DNA of 63,250 nucleotides, the filler included. It is 5 parts of 5 records of this genome, joined end to end, with 100 filler letters (N's around TTAATTAATTAA, not from the genome) between each part and the next. Parts side by side here need not be neighbours in the genome. Positions count along the whole stretch, not along the records: positions 1 to 15,846 come from SRR22947725_816; positions 15,947 to 28,673 come from SRR22947725_818; 3 more parts are not named here. One strand, written 5' to 3'. The notes beneath the pieces were generated by a model, which was given only the letters and a program-made list of their open reading frames with translations, searched no databases and was not told the DNA's origin. The translations under genes and the position numbers were made by a program. Below, piece after piece: positions 9,817 through 19,594 of this stretch (the stretch's first letter is position 1; each line of letters begins with the position of its first letter).

Positions 9817-10674
9817 TCAACTGTTCTGAACCTCTTCAGGCACAGGAGTATCATCTGGCACAAAAAAATCTGGCATTAAATCTGCAAAAGGAACGTTAGC
9901 ATATTTAGTAAAATCTTTTACTCCTGCCGCGTGTAATACTAGATCATCAATACAAAAATTACCGGTGAACGTTTTTGAGTCTTTTGTCAAAATTTCATAA
10001 GCAGCATCAGCCATAATATGGACATTTCTTGATAGTCGCATGATTTCATCACCGCCTAAATGATTTTGAACAGCTGCTGTTGCTATTGCAGTTCTTGGCC
10101 ATAAAGCATTAACTGCAATTCCTCTATCAGCAAACTCCTGAGCCATACCTAAAACACACATGCTCATAGTATATTTAGCCATGGTGTAGGCCACTGTTCC
10201 AGCAAACCACTTAGGACTCATATCTAATGGCGGTGATAAGTTAAGAATATGAGGGTTAGATGCTTTCTCAAGATGGGGTAAACAGTATTTGCTTACCATA
10301 TAGGTTCCTCTTCCATTTATTTGATGCATGAGGTCATACCTTTTCATTTCAGTATCCTTTACATTAGTTAACTGAATAGCTGAGGCATTGTTAATGCAAA
10401 TATCTATTCCGCCAAAATGATCAACAGATTTATTAATAGCATCTCTAACATTGTCTTCATTTCTAATATCGCAAATAATTGGAAAAGCATCCCCTCCGGC
10501 TTTAACTATTTCTTCAGCTGCCGTATAAATAGTGCCTGGGAGCTTTGGATGCGGATCAGCTGTTTTGGCAGCAATAACTATTTTTGCGCCGTCTTGTGCC
10601 GCTTTCTTAGCCATTGCAAGACCAATGCCCCTGCTTCCACCCGAAATAAATATTACCTTATCTTTTAAACTCAT
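9817..10674 (-). CDS. Short-chain dehydrogenase/reductase (HSDL2-like)
   Basis: GGSRGIG, AAKTADPHPKLPGTI, NNASAI, YTMAK, NALWPRT. Confidence 0.9.
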   Translation of the reverse strand: MSLKDKVIFISGGSRGIGLAMAKKAAQDGAKIVIAAKTADPHPKLPGTIYTAAEEIVKAGGDAFPIICDIRNEDNVRDAINKSVDHFGGIDICINNASAIQLTNVKDTEMKRYDLMHQINGRGTYMVSKYCLPHLEKASNPHILNLSPPLDMSPKWFAGTVAYTMAKYTMSMCVLGMAQEFADRGIAVNALWPRTAIATAAVQNHLGGDEIMRLSRNVHIMADAAYEILTKDSKTFTGNFCIDDLVLHAAGVKDFTKYANVPFADLMPDFFVPDDTPVPEEVQNS

Positions 10675-10701
10675 AATTTTTTTCCTTTTTATATTTAATC
10701 T

Positions 10702-11442
10702 TTAAAACTTTTCCATATAGGGTCTTAAATCTAATTCATGTGTCCAAGCGCTTTTATGCTGTGAGTGAACAAACCAGTATGCATCTGCAATAGCATCAGG
10801 CTGTAGAATACCGTCTTTTTGTTTTAGAGCATACGTATCGGGGAAATTTTCTTTTATAAATGCCGTATCGATTGCGCCATCTATTACAAAATGAGCTACA
10901 TGTATTCCCTCGGGGCCTAATTCTCGAGCCATGCTTTGTGAGACAGCCCTGAGTGCAAATTTGGCACTTGAAAAAGCCGAAAATCCTGAACCTCCTCTCA
11001 TTGAAGCTGTAGCACCAGTAAAAAATATGCTACCTTCATTTCTTTTTTTCATATATTTTGCAGCCTCTCTTCCCGTTAGAAAGCCACCAAAAGCTGCCAT
11101 TTCCCATACTTTTCTAAATACTCTTGAAGTAGTATCTTCTATAGGAAAATAAACATTCGCTCCAGGATTAAAAATAACTACATCTATTGGAGCAATTTCA
11201 GTCTCAACCTCTTTAAATAATTTTTGTATGGATTCTTCATCTCTTGCATCTACACCAAACTCCTTCAACCATCCACCTAATTGCTCGACATCCATTTTAA
11301 GCTTTTTAAACTTATCGAGATTTCCAGGGCGCCTTACAGCACACACCTTATAGCCATTATTAGCAAATTTTTTACATAGAGCTGATCCTGTTGCATCTCC
11401 TGCGCCAATAATTATTGCTGAATATTTTGAAAAATCTTTCAT
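10702..11442 (-). CDS. Short-chain dehydrogenase/reductase
   Basis: Likely start ATG 11442; GAGDATG, FTGATAS, FSSAKFALR, HVAHFVIDG, WTHELDLRP. Confidence 0.88.
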   Translation of the reverse strand: MKDFSKYSAIIIGAGDATGSALCKKFANNGYKVCAVRRPGNLDKFKKLKMDVEQLGGWLKEFGVDARDEESIQKLFKEVETEIAPIDVVIFNPGANVYFPIEDTTSRVFRKVWEMAAFGGFLTGREAAKYMKKRNEGSIFFTGATASMRGGSGFSAFSSAKFALRAVSQSMARELGPEGIHVAHFVIDGAIDTAFIKENFPDTYALKQKDGILQPDAIADAYWFVHSQHKSAWTHELDLRPYMEKF

Positions 11443-11488
11443 ATGAGTGTTTAATTGTTTGGTTAACTTTACAAAATTGTGAGTACAA

Positions 11489-12091
11489 ATGAAAGTAGAC
11501 TTTATTTTCGATGTGGCTAGTCCCAACGCTTATTTTTGCCATAAGCTAATTCCAGACTTTAAAAAAAGAACGGGTGTTGAGTTTGAATACGTACCCTGCT
11601 TGCTGGGCGGTATTATGAAACTGTCGGGAAATCAGCCTCCATTTGTTGCTTTTGCAGACATACCAAACAAAAATAAATACCAGTTTATAGAGATAGAAAG
11701 ATTCATTAAGCAACACAATCTTAAAGAATTTAAATTTAATTCTAGTTTTCCTATGAATACCGTTCAGCTCCAAAGAGGAGCTCTTGCAGCACAAGAGCTA
11801 GGCATATTTGAAAGATATTTAGAAATTATTCTGGAGGCTATATGGGAAAAAGATATAGATCTTGCAGACCTAAATATCTTTAAATCAACTTTATCTGAAA
11901 ATAATATAGACGCAGAGTCAATGATAGGCATTATTACTTCTCAAGCTTGTAAAGATCAATTAATTGCAAATACCACTGATGCAGTAAATCGCGGAGCTTT
12001 TGGAGTCCCTACATTCTTTTACGATGATCAAATTTTCTTTGGTAAAGACCATCTTCATCAGCTTGAAGAGTATATTAATTCAAAAGGATAA
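11489..12091 (+). CDS. 2-hydroxychromene-2-carboxylate isomerase / GST-kappa (DsbA-like fold) family protein
   Basis: FIFDVASPNAY, LLGGI, RGAFGVPTFF, FFGKDHL. Confidence 0.85.
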   Translation: MKVDFIFDVASPNAYFCHKLIPDFKKRTGVEFEYVPCLLGGIMKLSGNQPPFVAFADIPNKNKYQFIEIERFIKQHNLKEFKFNSSFPMNTVQLQRGALAAQELGIFERYLEIILEAIWEKDIDLADLNIFKSTLSENNIDAESMIGIITSQACKDQLIANTTDAVNRGAFGVPTFFYDDQIFFGKDHLHQLEEYINSKG

Positions 12092-12093
12092 TA

Positions 12094-12120
12094 GAACTTT
12101 TCTATAAATACTCTTTCAAA
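12094..12120 (+). promoter_or_regulatory. Putative sigmaE (RpoE/AlgU-type) promoter for lptD-surA-pdxA
   Basis: GAACTT (12094-12099), 16-nt spacer, TCAAA (12116-12120), 23 nt upstream of lptD ATG; matches the established RpoE consensus. Confidence 0.7.
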
Positions 12121-12143
12121 GCTAAGAGGTATAAAATATAAGA

Positions 12144-14498
12144 ATGAAGAAATTCAATTATGTTGCGCCAATTTTGCTGGGTGCTTCACTTTTTGTTCAT
12201 GCAAATGAAGAGTTTCAGGTGGATGGTGTTTTAGTTCCGACAGCTCAACCCAACACACAATCATGCATATCCTATTTTCCGGTAATGGGAGTTGTAAAAG
12301 AATCAGAAGATTTAAAAATTAATTCAGACAAATTTAAATTTACAGATGACAAGAAATTAATTCTACATGGAAATGTAGAGCTAGATTTTCCTGAGGGTTT
12401 ATTAAGGGCTCGTAATGCTGAATTAGATAGAGAAAATGGGAAAATTAAATTCTCCAACAAAGGAGAAATTTTTCTAGAGAATTTTTATTTCAATTCAGAT
12501 GAAGGGTTTTTAAATAAAGATGATCGGACTATCTCTTTGTTAAAAGGAACTGCATTTTCAAAAGAAAGAAATTTGATATTTAATTTTTCAGAGTTATATG
12601 GTCAGCTTGATGAACAAATTTATTTCAAAAACGTGTCTATGTCATCTTGTTCGAACCCAGGTAAAGGCTGGGTTTTGGAGGCAAGAGAAATAGTATTAAA
12701 TTCAGAAGCAAGCAGAGGTTTAGCAAAAAATATAAAAATCAAAGCATCTGGTGCAACTATTTTTGCTCTTCCATTGCTTCCTTTTGCTACATCAGATCAA
12801 AGAATGAGTGGTTTTTTAGAGCCCTCCATATCTTACTCATCTGATGGGCCAGACCTGATGATTCCATACTATAAGGTAATATCAAAAACATCAGATATCA
12901 CAATGGCATCAAGATACATAGCGAAAAGAGGTCCGGGTATTGAAATTAACTATAGATCTCTGCATAAAGAAACTAATAATCTTCGAAATTTAGATCTAAT
13001 ATATTTTACTAATGATAAAGAATACGAAAAAGAATTATTAGTTGAAGAGTCATCGAGGTGGATATACAAATATACTGATGAATTATCATTTAATTCTTAT
13101 ACACTAAATGTTAATTGGGCAAAGTCTTCTGATGATCTCGTTTTAAGAGATATTCCTGGAGACATAACATCTATTGGTTATCAAAGAATTCAAAACTTAA
13201 ATCAAAGTATTGCTTTTCAAGCAAAGCTAAAAAATTCAATACTAACTGTTGAACATCAAAGTTATCAATCACTAAACCCAATTATCACTGATGGCTATAA
13301 GAAATCACCTTCTGTTAATTTTATTTTTTCAAAGAAAATAAATGGATTTACTATTCAAGAAAATCTCAACATATCTTCATTTAAAGCAGATAAAATTCAT
13401 GGATATTATGGACACCAAAACTTAAACAATAATTATTTGAGATTAATTAAAAATCCATTAGAGGGCAAAAGAATCTTCTCTAATTTTTCTATTTCAAGAA
13501 ATATTCACTATAAAGGGTTTAATCTTTCTTCAAATATTGGATTAAAAAGCATTAACTTTGATTTATCTAATGAGAAGGATGAGAAAGTAACAAGTGTAAA
13601 TGTCCCTAATGCATTATTAGATATTAACTCTATATTTATTAAAAATAAGAATAATGTGAGGCATCTTTTAGAACCAAGATTAACCCTTGGATATACAGCA
13701 TACAAAGACCAAGCAAATAATCCTATTTTTGATTCTGATCAGATTTCTCTTGATAATGAACTTTATTCCAATGATAGATTTTCAGGCATGGATCGAATTG
13801 GTGATCAAAGTTTTTATACCTTAAGTCTTGGTTATAAGAAAATTTCAGAGGGGCGTGAAAAGATATCGTTAGATGTCTCAAAGAAATATTTTTTAAAAGA
13901 CAGAAAGGTTTGGATTGGCGAATCCGTTACTAATGGTATGGACTCCTTACAATTTATTAATATAGATGAGAGTCCGTTTATTCTTGAAGGCTCATGGATG
14001 CCTAAAAAAAATACCTTGGTTTCAATGTACGCTGGGTATTTTAATAAAAGTAAAACAATGCCCTTAGGAGGATTAACTATAAAACATAAATCTCACTTTG
14101 GTTCTTTTGGTCTTGCGAAAAGATTTAGAAGAATGTCGGGTGATTTTAATTATGAAATGAATTATTCAGAGATTTTTGGTGATATAAATATAAATTCTAA
14201 TTTTAAAATTATTGCTAAATTGAAAAGAGATGATGGAATTGATAAAAATGTTGAAAGTCTTATTGGTATTGAATACGAAAACTGTTGTTTAGCACTCAGA
14301 ATTTCTGGATCTGATAGAAATCTTTCAAGATATATACTCAATCAAGAAATTTTATACCCTCATTTAGCAGATGCATGGGATAATATGATTCAAATTGAAA
14401 GTAAGGGTAGAATTAATTTTGAGTTTGAACTCAAGGGTCTAAACTCCTCATTTAATAAGGCGAATAGATTTTTAAGTAATTCACTTTTTAAATATTAA
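12144..14498 (+). CDS. lptD: LPS assembly outer membrane protein LptD
   Basis: Signal peptide, SGFLEPS, PYY, NDRFSGMDRIGD, YENCC, FEFELKGL; followed by surA-pdxA. Confidence 0.9.
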   Translation: MKKFNYVAPILLGASLFVHANEEFQVDGVLVPTAQPNTQSCISYFPVMGVVKESEDLKINSDKFKFTDDKKLILHGNVELDFPEGLLRARNAELDRENGKIKFSNKGEIFLENFYFNSDEGFLNKDDRTISLLKGTAFSKERNLIFNFSELYGQLDEQIYFKNVSMSSCSNPGKGWVLEAREIVLNSEASRGLAKNIKIKASGATIFALPLLPFATSDQRMSGFLEPSISYSSDGPDLMIPYYKVISKTSDITMASRYIAKRGPGIEINYRSLHKETNNLRNLDLIYFTNDKEYEKELLVEESSRWIYKYTDELSFNSYTLNVNWAKSSDDLVLRDIPGDITSIGYQRIQNLNQSIAFQAKLKNSILTVEHQSYQSLNPIITDGYKKSPSVNFIFSKKINGFTIQENLNISSFKADKIHGYYGHQNLNNNYLRLIKNPLEGKRIFSNFSISRNIHYKGFNLSSNIGLKSINFDLSNEKDEKVTSVNVPNALLDINSIFIKNKNNVRHLLEPRLTLGYTAYKDQANNPIFDSDQISLDNELYSNDRFSGMDRIGDQSFYTLSLGYKKISEGREKISLDVSKKYFLKDRKVWIGESVTNGMDSLQFINIDESPFILEGSWMPKKNTLVSMYAGYFNKSKTMPLGGLTIKHKSHFGSFGLAKRFRRMSGDFNYEMNYSEIFGDININSNFKIIAKLKRDDGIDKNVESLIGIEYENCCLALRISGSDRNLSRYILNQEILYPHLADAWDNMIQIESKGRINFEFELKGLNSSFNKANRFLSNSLFKY

Positions 14499-14510
14499 TC
14501 AAAGTTAAAT

Positions 14511-15752
14511 ATGAAAAAAATAATATTGACGATCGTATGCTTGGTATCTTTGGGTACCAATGCAGCTATTGAAATCTTGGATAGAATTGCTGTTATTGTT
14601 GATGATGGCTTAATTATGGAGTCGCAAATAGACTCTGGTATCAAGGAATTAATTTCTAGATATGAAGAACAAAATATTCCTAAGCCAGACTTAGAAGAGC
14701 TTAAAGATCAAGTTATTGAATCATTAATCATAGAAGAACTTCAACTTCAAATGGCTAAAAGAGCTGGAGTGAGGATAAGTGATAGTGAACTAAATGATGC
14801 TATATCAAGAATTGCTAATAACAATCAAATGAAACTTGAGACTTTTATTTCCTACATCGAAGAGAGTGGAGATTCATATGAAGATTTCAGAGAAAATGTT
14901 CGCAAGCAGATGATCGTTCAAAGAATTCAAAGAGGAAGAGTTCAGTCAGAAGTAAATATTACTGAAAAAGAATTTGATGCTTTTCTAGCAACTGATGAGT
15001 CTTTGGCTGAACTTGAACCTGAACTTTTAGTAAAACAAATATTAGTTAAAAATTCTAACCAAGCTGAAGAAGTAATCAACAGAATAAACCAAGGAGAGGA
15101 TTTTTCTGAATTAGCCAAAGAGATTTCGATAAGCAGTAATGCAGCAACTGGCGGTGATATGCCATGGAGAAGAGCTATCGAAATGCCTGAATTATTTTCA
15201 AATGCAATAAATAATAAAGAGATTGGCTACATAACACCTCCACTGCAAAGTGGTGCCGGGTATCATATCTTAAAACTAGATAACAAGCGTGGTCCTTTAG
15301 TTCAATATGAGGATCAGTGGTTTTCTAGACATATTTTATTATCGCCTTCAGCGATAAGAGATGAAAAAAGTACTAAAGACCAGCTTATTAAAATAAGAGA
15401 AAGAGTACTCAGTGGAGAAGACTTTAGCGAATTAGCTCAAGAATTCTCAGAAGACCCAGGATCTGCAAAACAAGGCGGAAACCTTGATTGGCTAGGCAAA
15501 GGAGTTCTCGCTGCTGAGTTTGAAAAAACAATGATTGAATCTAAAATAGGTGAAGTGTCTGAAGTATTTGAAACTCAATTTGGTTTTCATTTTCTTGAGG
15601 TCTTAGAAAAAAGAAATTATGACATGACTAGAGATCTTATTGAGGACAGAGCCTACCAAATACTCTTTGGAAGAAAATTTGAAGAAGAACTTGAAAATAC
15701 ATTAAGGATAATGAGAGCAGAAGCTTTTGTTGAAATAAAAGATCTAGATTGA
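14511..15752 (+). CDS. surA: Periplasmic chaperone/PPIase SurA
   Basis: LDRIAVIVDDG N-domain and two parvulin domains (GGDMPW; RHILL...SEDPGSAKQGGNLDW...FGFH). Confidence 0.93.
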   Translation: MKKIILTIVCLVSLGTNAAIEILDRIAVIVDDGLIMESQIDSGIKELISRYEEQNIPKPDLEELKDQVIESLIIEELQLQMAKRAGVRISDSELNDAISRIANNNQMKLETFISYIEESGDSYEDFRENVRKQMIVQRIQRGRVQSEVNITEKEFDAFLATDESLAELEPELLVKQILVKNSNQAEEVINRINQGEDFSELAKEISISSNAATGGDMPWRRAIEMPELFSNAINNKEIGYITPPLQSGAGYHILKLDNKRGPLVQYEDQWFSRHILLSPSAIRDEKSTKDQLIKIRERVLSGEDFSELAQEFSEDPGSAKQGGNLDWLGKGVLAAEFEKTMIESKIGEVSEVFETQFGFHFLEVLEKRNYDMTRDLIEDRAYQILFGRKFEEELENTLRIMRAEAFVEIKDLD

Positions 15753-15846
15753 AAAAAATTATCTACTCTCCGGGAGAGCCATCAGGTATAGGACCAGATC
15801 TTATAATTAAATTATGTCGATCAACTTTTTGGACAGATATAAAGAT
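15749..15846 (+). CDS. pdxA: 4-hydroxythreonine-4-phosphate dehydrogenase, N-terminal fragment (cut at contig end; not in ORF track)
   Basis: TTG overlapping the surA stop; translates MKKIIYSPGEPSGIGPDLIIK, matching the PdxA GEPxGIGP motif; canonical surA-pdxA order. Confidence 0.85.
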
Positions 15847-15946
15847 NNNNNNNNNNNNNNNNNNNNNNNNNNNNNNNNNNNNNNNNNNNNTTAATTAATT
15901 AANNNNNNNNNNNNNNNNNNNNNNNNNNNNNNNNNNNNNNNNNNNN
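15847..15946. other. Artificial contig spacer (N44-TTAATTAATTAA-N44)
   Basis: Identical 100-nt spacer seen four times; core gives stops in all six frames; genes truncated on both sides. Confidence 0.99.
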
Positions 15947-16948
15947 AGAAGCATATTCAACTTCAACAGGAATTCTAGATATTTTTTCAAACACATATTC
16001 TCCTACTAATCCAGCATGCCAGGAAGTACCACAGCCAATAATAGTTATTTTATTTGCAGAAGTAAATTTATTTAAATTATTATCTATTCCAGAGAGTTTA
16101 ATTAATCCTTTGTTTAATTTTAATCTTCCACGAAGAGTATCAATTATTGCCTTAGGTTGTTCGTGAATTTCTTTAAGCATAAAATGATCAAATCCACCTT
16201 TTTCAATTTCAGATAATTCTAATTCTAAAGTTTCAATAGTTGGAGATATAATTGAATCATTAGAAATATCATAAAATTTTGTCTCTTTGTGATTTCTTAA
16301 AACTCCGACTTGACCTTCTTCGAGGTAAATTACTTTTCTAGTGAAGTCTAAAAATGGAGTAACATCACTACCAATAAACATTTCACCCTCACCAATTCCG
16401 ATAGCTAATGGACTTCCTAGTCTAGCAACAACAATTTCATCTGGTTTCTTTTTGTCAAATACTGCTATTGCGTACGCGCCAACTACTTGAGATAATGCTA
16501 ACTGCACCGCCTTACCTAGTTTTACTTTTTCAGTTTCTTGAACATATTCAATTAAATTAACTAGTACTTCAGTGTCAGTGTCAGATTCAAACTTGTAACC
16601 TTTAAAAATTAATTCATTTTTTATTGTAGCATAATTTTCTATGATACCATTATGAACAATTACTAGCGATTCATTATTTGAAAGAATTGGATGAGCATTT
16701 ACATCATTAGGTTCTCCATGAGTAGCCCATCTTGTATGACCTATTCCAATATTTCCATCAAGAGAAATTCTTTTTTTAGCTTTTTTAACTAGTTTTTCAA
16801 CTTTACCTTTAGTTTTACAAACATTCAAATCAGAATTATATAATGCTACTCCAGAACTGTCGTAACCTCTATATTCTAGTCTTTTTAAACCATTGATAAC
16901 AATTTCGTAAGCATTTTTATCTCCAATGTATCCAACTATTCCACACAT
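15947..16948 (-). CDS. glmS: Glutamine-fructose-6-phosphate transaminase, 3' truncated
   Basis: MCGIVGY, LEYRGYDSSG, GHTRWATHG, HNGIIEN, MLKEIHEQP, GCGTSWHAG. Confidence 0.97.
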
Positions 16949-17015
16949 ATTTTACAAATATTTTTGTATTAAATTTTTTGATTTAATTAATTTACAGAAA
17001 TTAAAATTTCAACTA

Positions 17016-18677
17016 TTATTCATTGGGGTCAGTATAATATATTTTGATTCTAGGTCTTTTATCTAAGTCTTCAGATTGACTTCCATGCAGTACAGTTCCT
17101 TTTGGGGTTAAAATTGCACCAGAGGGAAAATCACGTTCTTCTTCGCCACTATTTAAAATAGAAAAGTTATCTATTGAGCCTACATTTGAAGTAACAACTA
17201 GAGCAAGTTTTACATTCGTTGAATCTCTTAAAATTAGATTATTAAGATGTTCTGTTATTCTAATTTTGTATTTAACACCTTCACCAGTAATTGAATCTCC
17301 GTCTCTAGTTAGTGGCTCTAAATGGTTTATTTTGGCATTTATTGTTGTAGAACTTACTGACTGATCAAGAAAATAATCAATAAGCGCAGTGTTTTGTTCA
17401 AAATTATACAGGTAAATTCTATCAGGTTCAGATCCAATGTCTTGCGTCTGATCGACAAAAAACTCTATATAAGCCTCATTGATAATCTTATTGGCTATTT
17501 CATTTTCCTCATCATAGAATGAATTTTTGAAATGGTCAAATGCATTTACCATCTCTCCATTATCGTCTTGGATATCTCCACCAAATAAATCTACAGTTGA
17601 CATGTATCCTTCACCTCCTTTAAGGTATATTCTTTCATCTCCTTCAACAGTATTCGAGTTTGAAACATCTACTTGAAAATTATTTTCATATATATTAACC
17701 AAATTGTCAGTAAAGTTTAGTACGTATTCATTTTGACTAGTAATAGTTTCTGTTGAAGTACCACCAGAATCAGTATCACTGTCAGTACTAGTTTCAGAGG
17801 TATAATGTATTGTAAGTTTAGTGTTTGATGAAGCAAAATTTAATAACATCATTGATCCTTCTGAGTTAACTCCATCAGCCTTGATGTAAAGACCTCTAAA
17901 AAATTCTTTAAATGTATTAGGGTTTATCAGTTCAGGATTACCTTCGTTTTCAAAAAATAAACTTTGCCAAAAATTGTCATTTGGGTTATTTAATTTTAAT
18001 CTAACTGCTGGAGCTATACTACTTGCTACATAACTTTCTCCAAGAGAATCAAGTGAGGTTAGATCTATTCTTTCTGAACTTGGAATAAAATCATCTGATC
18101 CATCACCTATTATGCCAGATTCATATAGTAACTCTGCTTCAATTTCTGATTGATTTATAGATTCAGAATTAGATAATGCACCATTAGAATAATAGTTTTG
18201 AGAATCACTAAAATCTCCACTCGGGTTAAAATCTCTCAAATAAAAATTACTTTTATAAACATAAAGTTTAGTTGCTGTATTTCCATATACAGAATCAATT
18301 TCATAACTTATATTTCCATCATCATCAGTATCAACTCCTCTACTGTAATACGGAATAGTTAGAACAACAGAATCTAATACTACATTTTCACCAAAGGATG
18401 GACTGAACTCTGCAGGAACAACTTGTCCCAAAAAACTCGCCTTACTTTCCCCATAAAAAGGATTGTTATTATATCCCAACATAAATGAGGGTAAATTATT
18501 AGATTTCACCGGATTTAATCTTAGGTTTGAAGCAACTATTGGATAGTCAATTGATGAAGTATTAAAATTAATTGCATTTTCAGCACTAATAACATCTGAA
18601 TCTATACTAGCAAACTCTTTATCACATGAATATATAAGAATGATAAAGAAAACGGATAATAATTTGATATTTTTCAT
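17016..18677 (-). CDS. DUF4270 family lipoprotein
   Basis: Lipobox-like IYSC, LDSVVLTIPY, FFRGLYIK, IYLKGGEG, terminal KIYYT; conserved position between glmS and the glycogen-synthase-like gene in Bacteroidota. Confidence 0.8.
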   Translation of the reverse strand: MKNIKLLSVFFIILIYSCDKEFASIDSDVISAENAINFNTSSIDYPIVASNLRLNPVKSNNLPSFMLGYNNNPFYGESKASFLGQVVPAEFSPSFGENVVLDSVVLTIPYYSRGVDTDDDGNISYEIDSVYGNTATKLYVYKSNFYLRDFNPSGDFSDSQNYYSNGALSNSESINQSEIEAELLYESGIIGDGSDDFIPSSERIDLTSLDSLGESYVASSIAPAVRLKLNNPNDNFWQSLFFENEGNPELINPNTFKEFFRGLYIKADGVNSEGSMMLLNFASSNTKLTIHYTSETSTDSDTDSGGTSTETITSQNEYVLNFTDNLVNIYENNFQVDVSNSNTVEGDERIYLKGGEGYMSTVDLFGGDIQDDNGEMVNAFDHFKNSFYDEENEIANKIINEAYIEFFVDQTQDIGSEPDRIYLYNFEQNTALIDYFLDQSVSSTTINAKINHLEPLTRDGDSITGEGVKYKIRITEHLNNLILRDSTNVKLALVVTSNVGSIDNFSILNSGEEERDFPSGAILTPKGTVLHGSQSEDLDKRPRIKIYYTDPNE

Positions 18678-19496
18678 TTATTGATTTAAAACTTCGTTTT
18701 TATAAAATTCTGTATATGTTTCAGAAAAAGTTTCTCGTGTTTGATAATTTAAGACAGGTTTTTTAGAAGAATTTAAATGATCTTGAACTTTTTTTGGAAT
18801 TTCTTGAGAACCTAAAATTATAGCATCAGAAAAGTCAATAGCATTTTTCATTAAATTATTGTATGATGGGTCTTTTAGCCCTTTAATTAGTTCTTCGTTT
18901 ATTTCATCAAATAAAATTTTGTCAACTAACTTTTTGTTTAAACTCTCATCAAATGATTTGTCATATACTGAAGTAACTATTTTGCTGTTTTCAAAAACAG
19001 GCTCATCTTTATAGTAAGTTTTTAGGTATAGTGGAAAAAGAGAAGCCATCCATCCGTGAACATGGATTATGTCAGGTGACCAGTTTAATTTTTTAACTGT
19101 TTCAATTACACCTTTTGCAAAAAAGATTGCTCTTTCGTCATTATCACCATGAAGCTTGCCATTCTCGTCAGCAAAAGTAGATTTTCTCTTAAAATACTCT
19201 TCATTATCTATAAAATAAACTTGTATTCTTTCTTTTGGAATAGAAGCAACCTTAATAATTAAAGGCATATCTAAATCATCAATAACCAAATTAATTCCCG
19301 ACAATCTAATAACTTCGTGTAACTGGTGTCTTCTTTCATTAATATTACCGTACCTAGGCATAAATATTCTAATCTGTCCACCTTGTTTATTTATCATTTT
19401 AGGAATTTCAAAAGACATTGATGAAATTTCATTTTCAGGAAGATAAGGGACAACTTCTGATGACACATATAATATTTTTTTCTCTTTCATTTCCAT
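18678..19496 (-). CDS. Glycogen/starch synthase N-terminal-domain-only protein (GT5-like)
   Basis: ILYVSSEVVPY, IRIFMPRYG, VYFIDNEEYF, DNDERAIFF, PDIIHVHGW; 272 aa with no C-terminal GT-B domain. Confidence 0.85.
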   Translation of the reverse strand: MEMKEKKILYVSSEVVPYLPENEISSMSFEIPKMINKQGGQIRIFMPRYGNINERRHQLHEVIRLSGINLVIDDLDMPLIIKVASIPKERIQVYFIDNEEYFKRKSTFADENGKLHGDNDERAIFFAKGVIETVKKLNWSPDIIHVHGWMASLFPLYLKTYYKDEPVFENSKIVTSVYDKSFDESLNKKLVDKILFDEINEELIKGLKDPSYNNLMKNAIDFSDAIILGSQEIPKKVQDHLNSSKKPVLNYQTRETFSETYTEFYKNEVLNQ

Positions 19497-19525
19497 GTAT
19501 TAAAATTATTAACTGCAAAAAGTAG

Positions 19526-19533
19526 CAAAATTA
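19526..19533 (-). promoter_or_regulatory. Bacteroidota sigmaA -7 element for the glycogen-synthase-like/DUF4270/glmS run
   Basis: Minus strand reads TAATTTTG(C), matching TAnnTTTG, about 30 nt upstream of the start. Confidence 0.55.
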
Positions 19534-19563
19534 CAAAAATTATGCAGATTAATTGTAATATAT

Positions 19564-19571
19564 TAAATTTG
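19564..19571 (+). promoter_or_regulatory. Bacteroidota sigmaA -7 element for panC operon
   Basis: TAAATTTG(C), matching TAnnTTTG, 23 nt upstream of panC ATG. Confidence 0.6.
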
Positions 19572-19594
19572 CGTGCTGTTAAAGTTTTATTAAA

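Noticed and set aside
15891..15902. TTAATTAATTAA palindrome repeated four times
   Set aside because: Always centred in N44 runs; an assembly or concatenation linker, not a biological repeat.
16949..17015. glmS ribozyme upstream of glmS
   Set aside because: The gap is 67 nt of A/T-rich sequence, too short and without the ribozyme core.
17755..17805. Ser/Thr/Asp-rich quasi-repeat in DUF4270 (TSETSTDSDTDSGGTSTET)
   Set aside because: A low-complexity loop with no regular nucleotide repeat unit.
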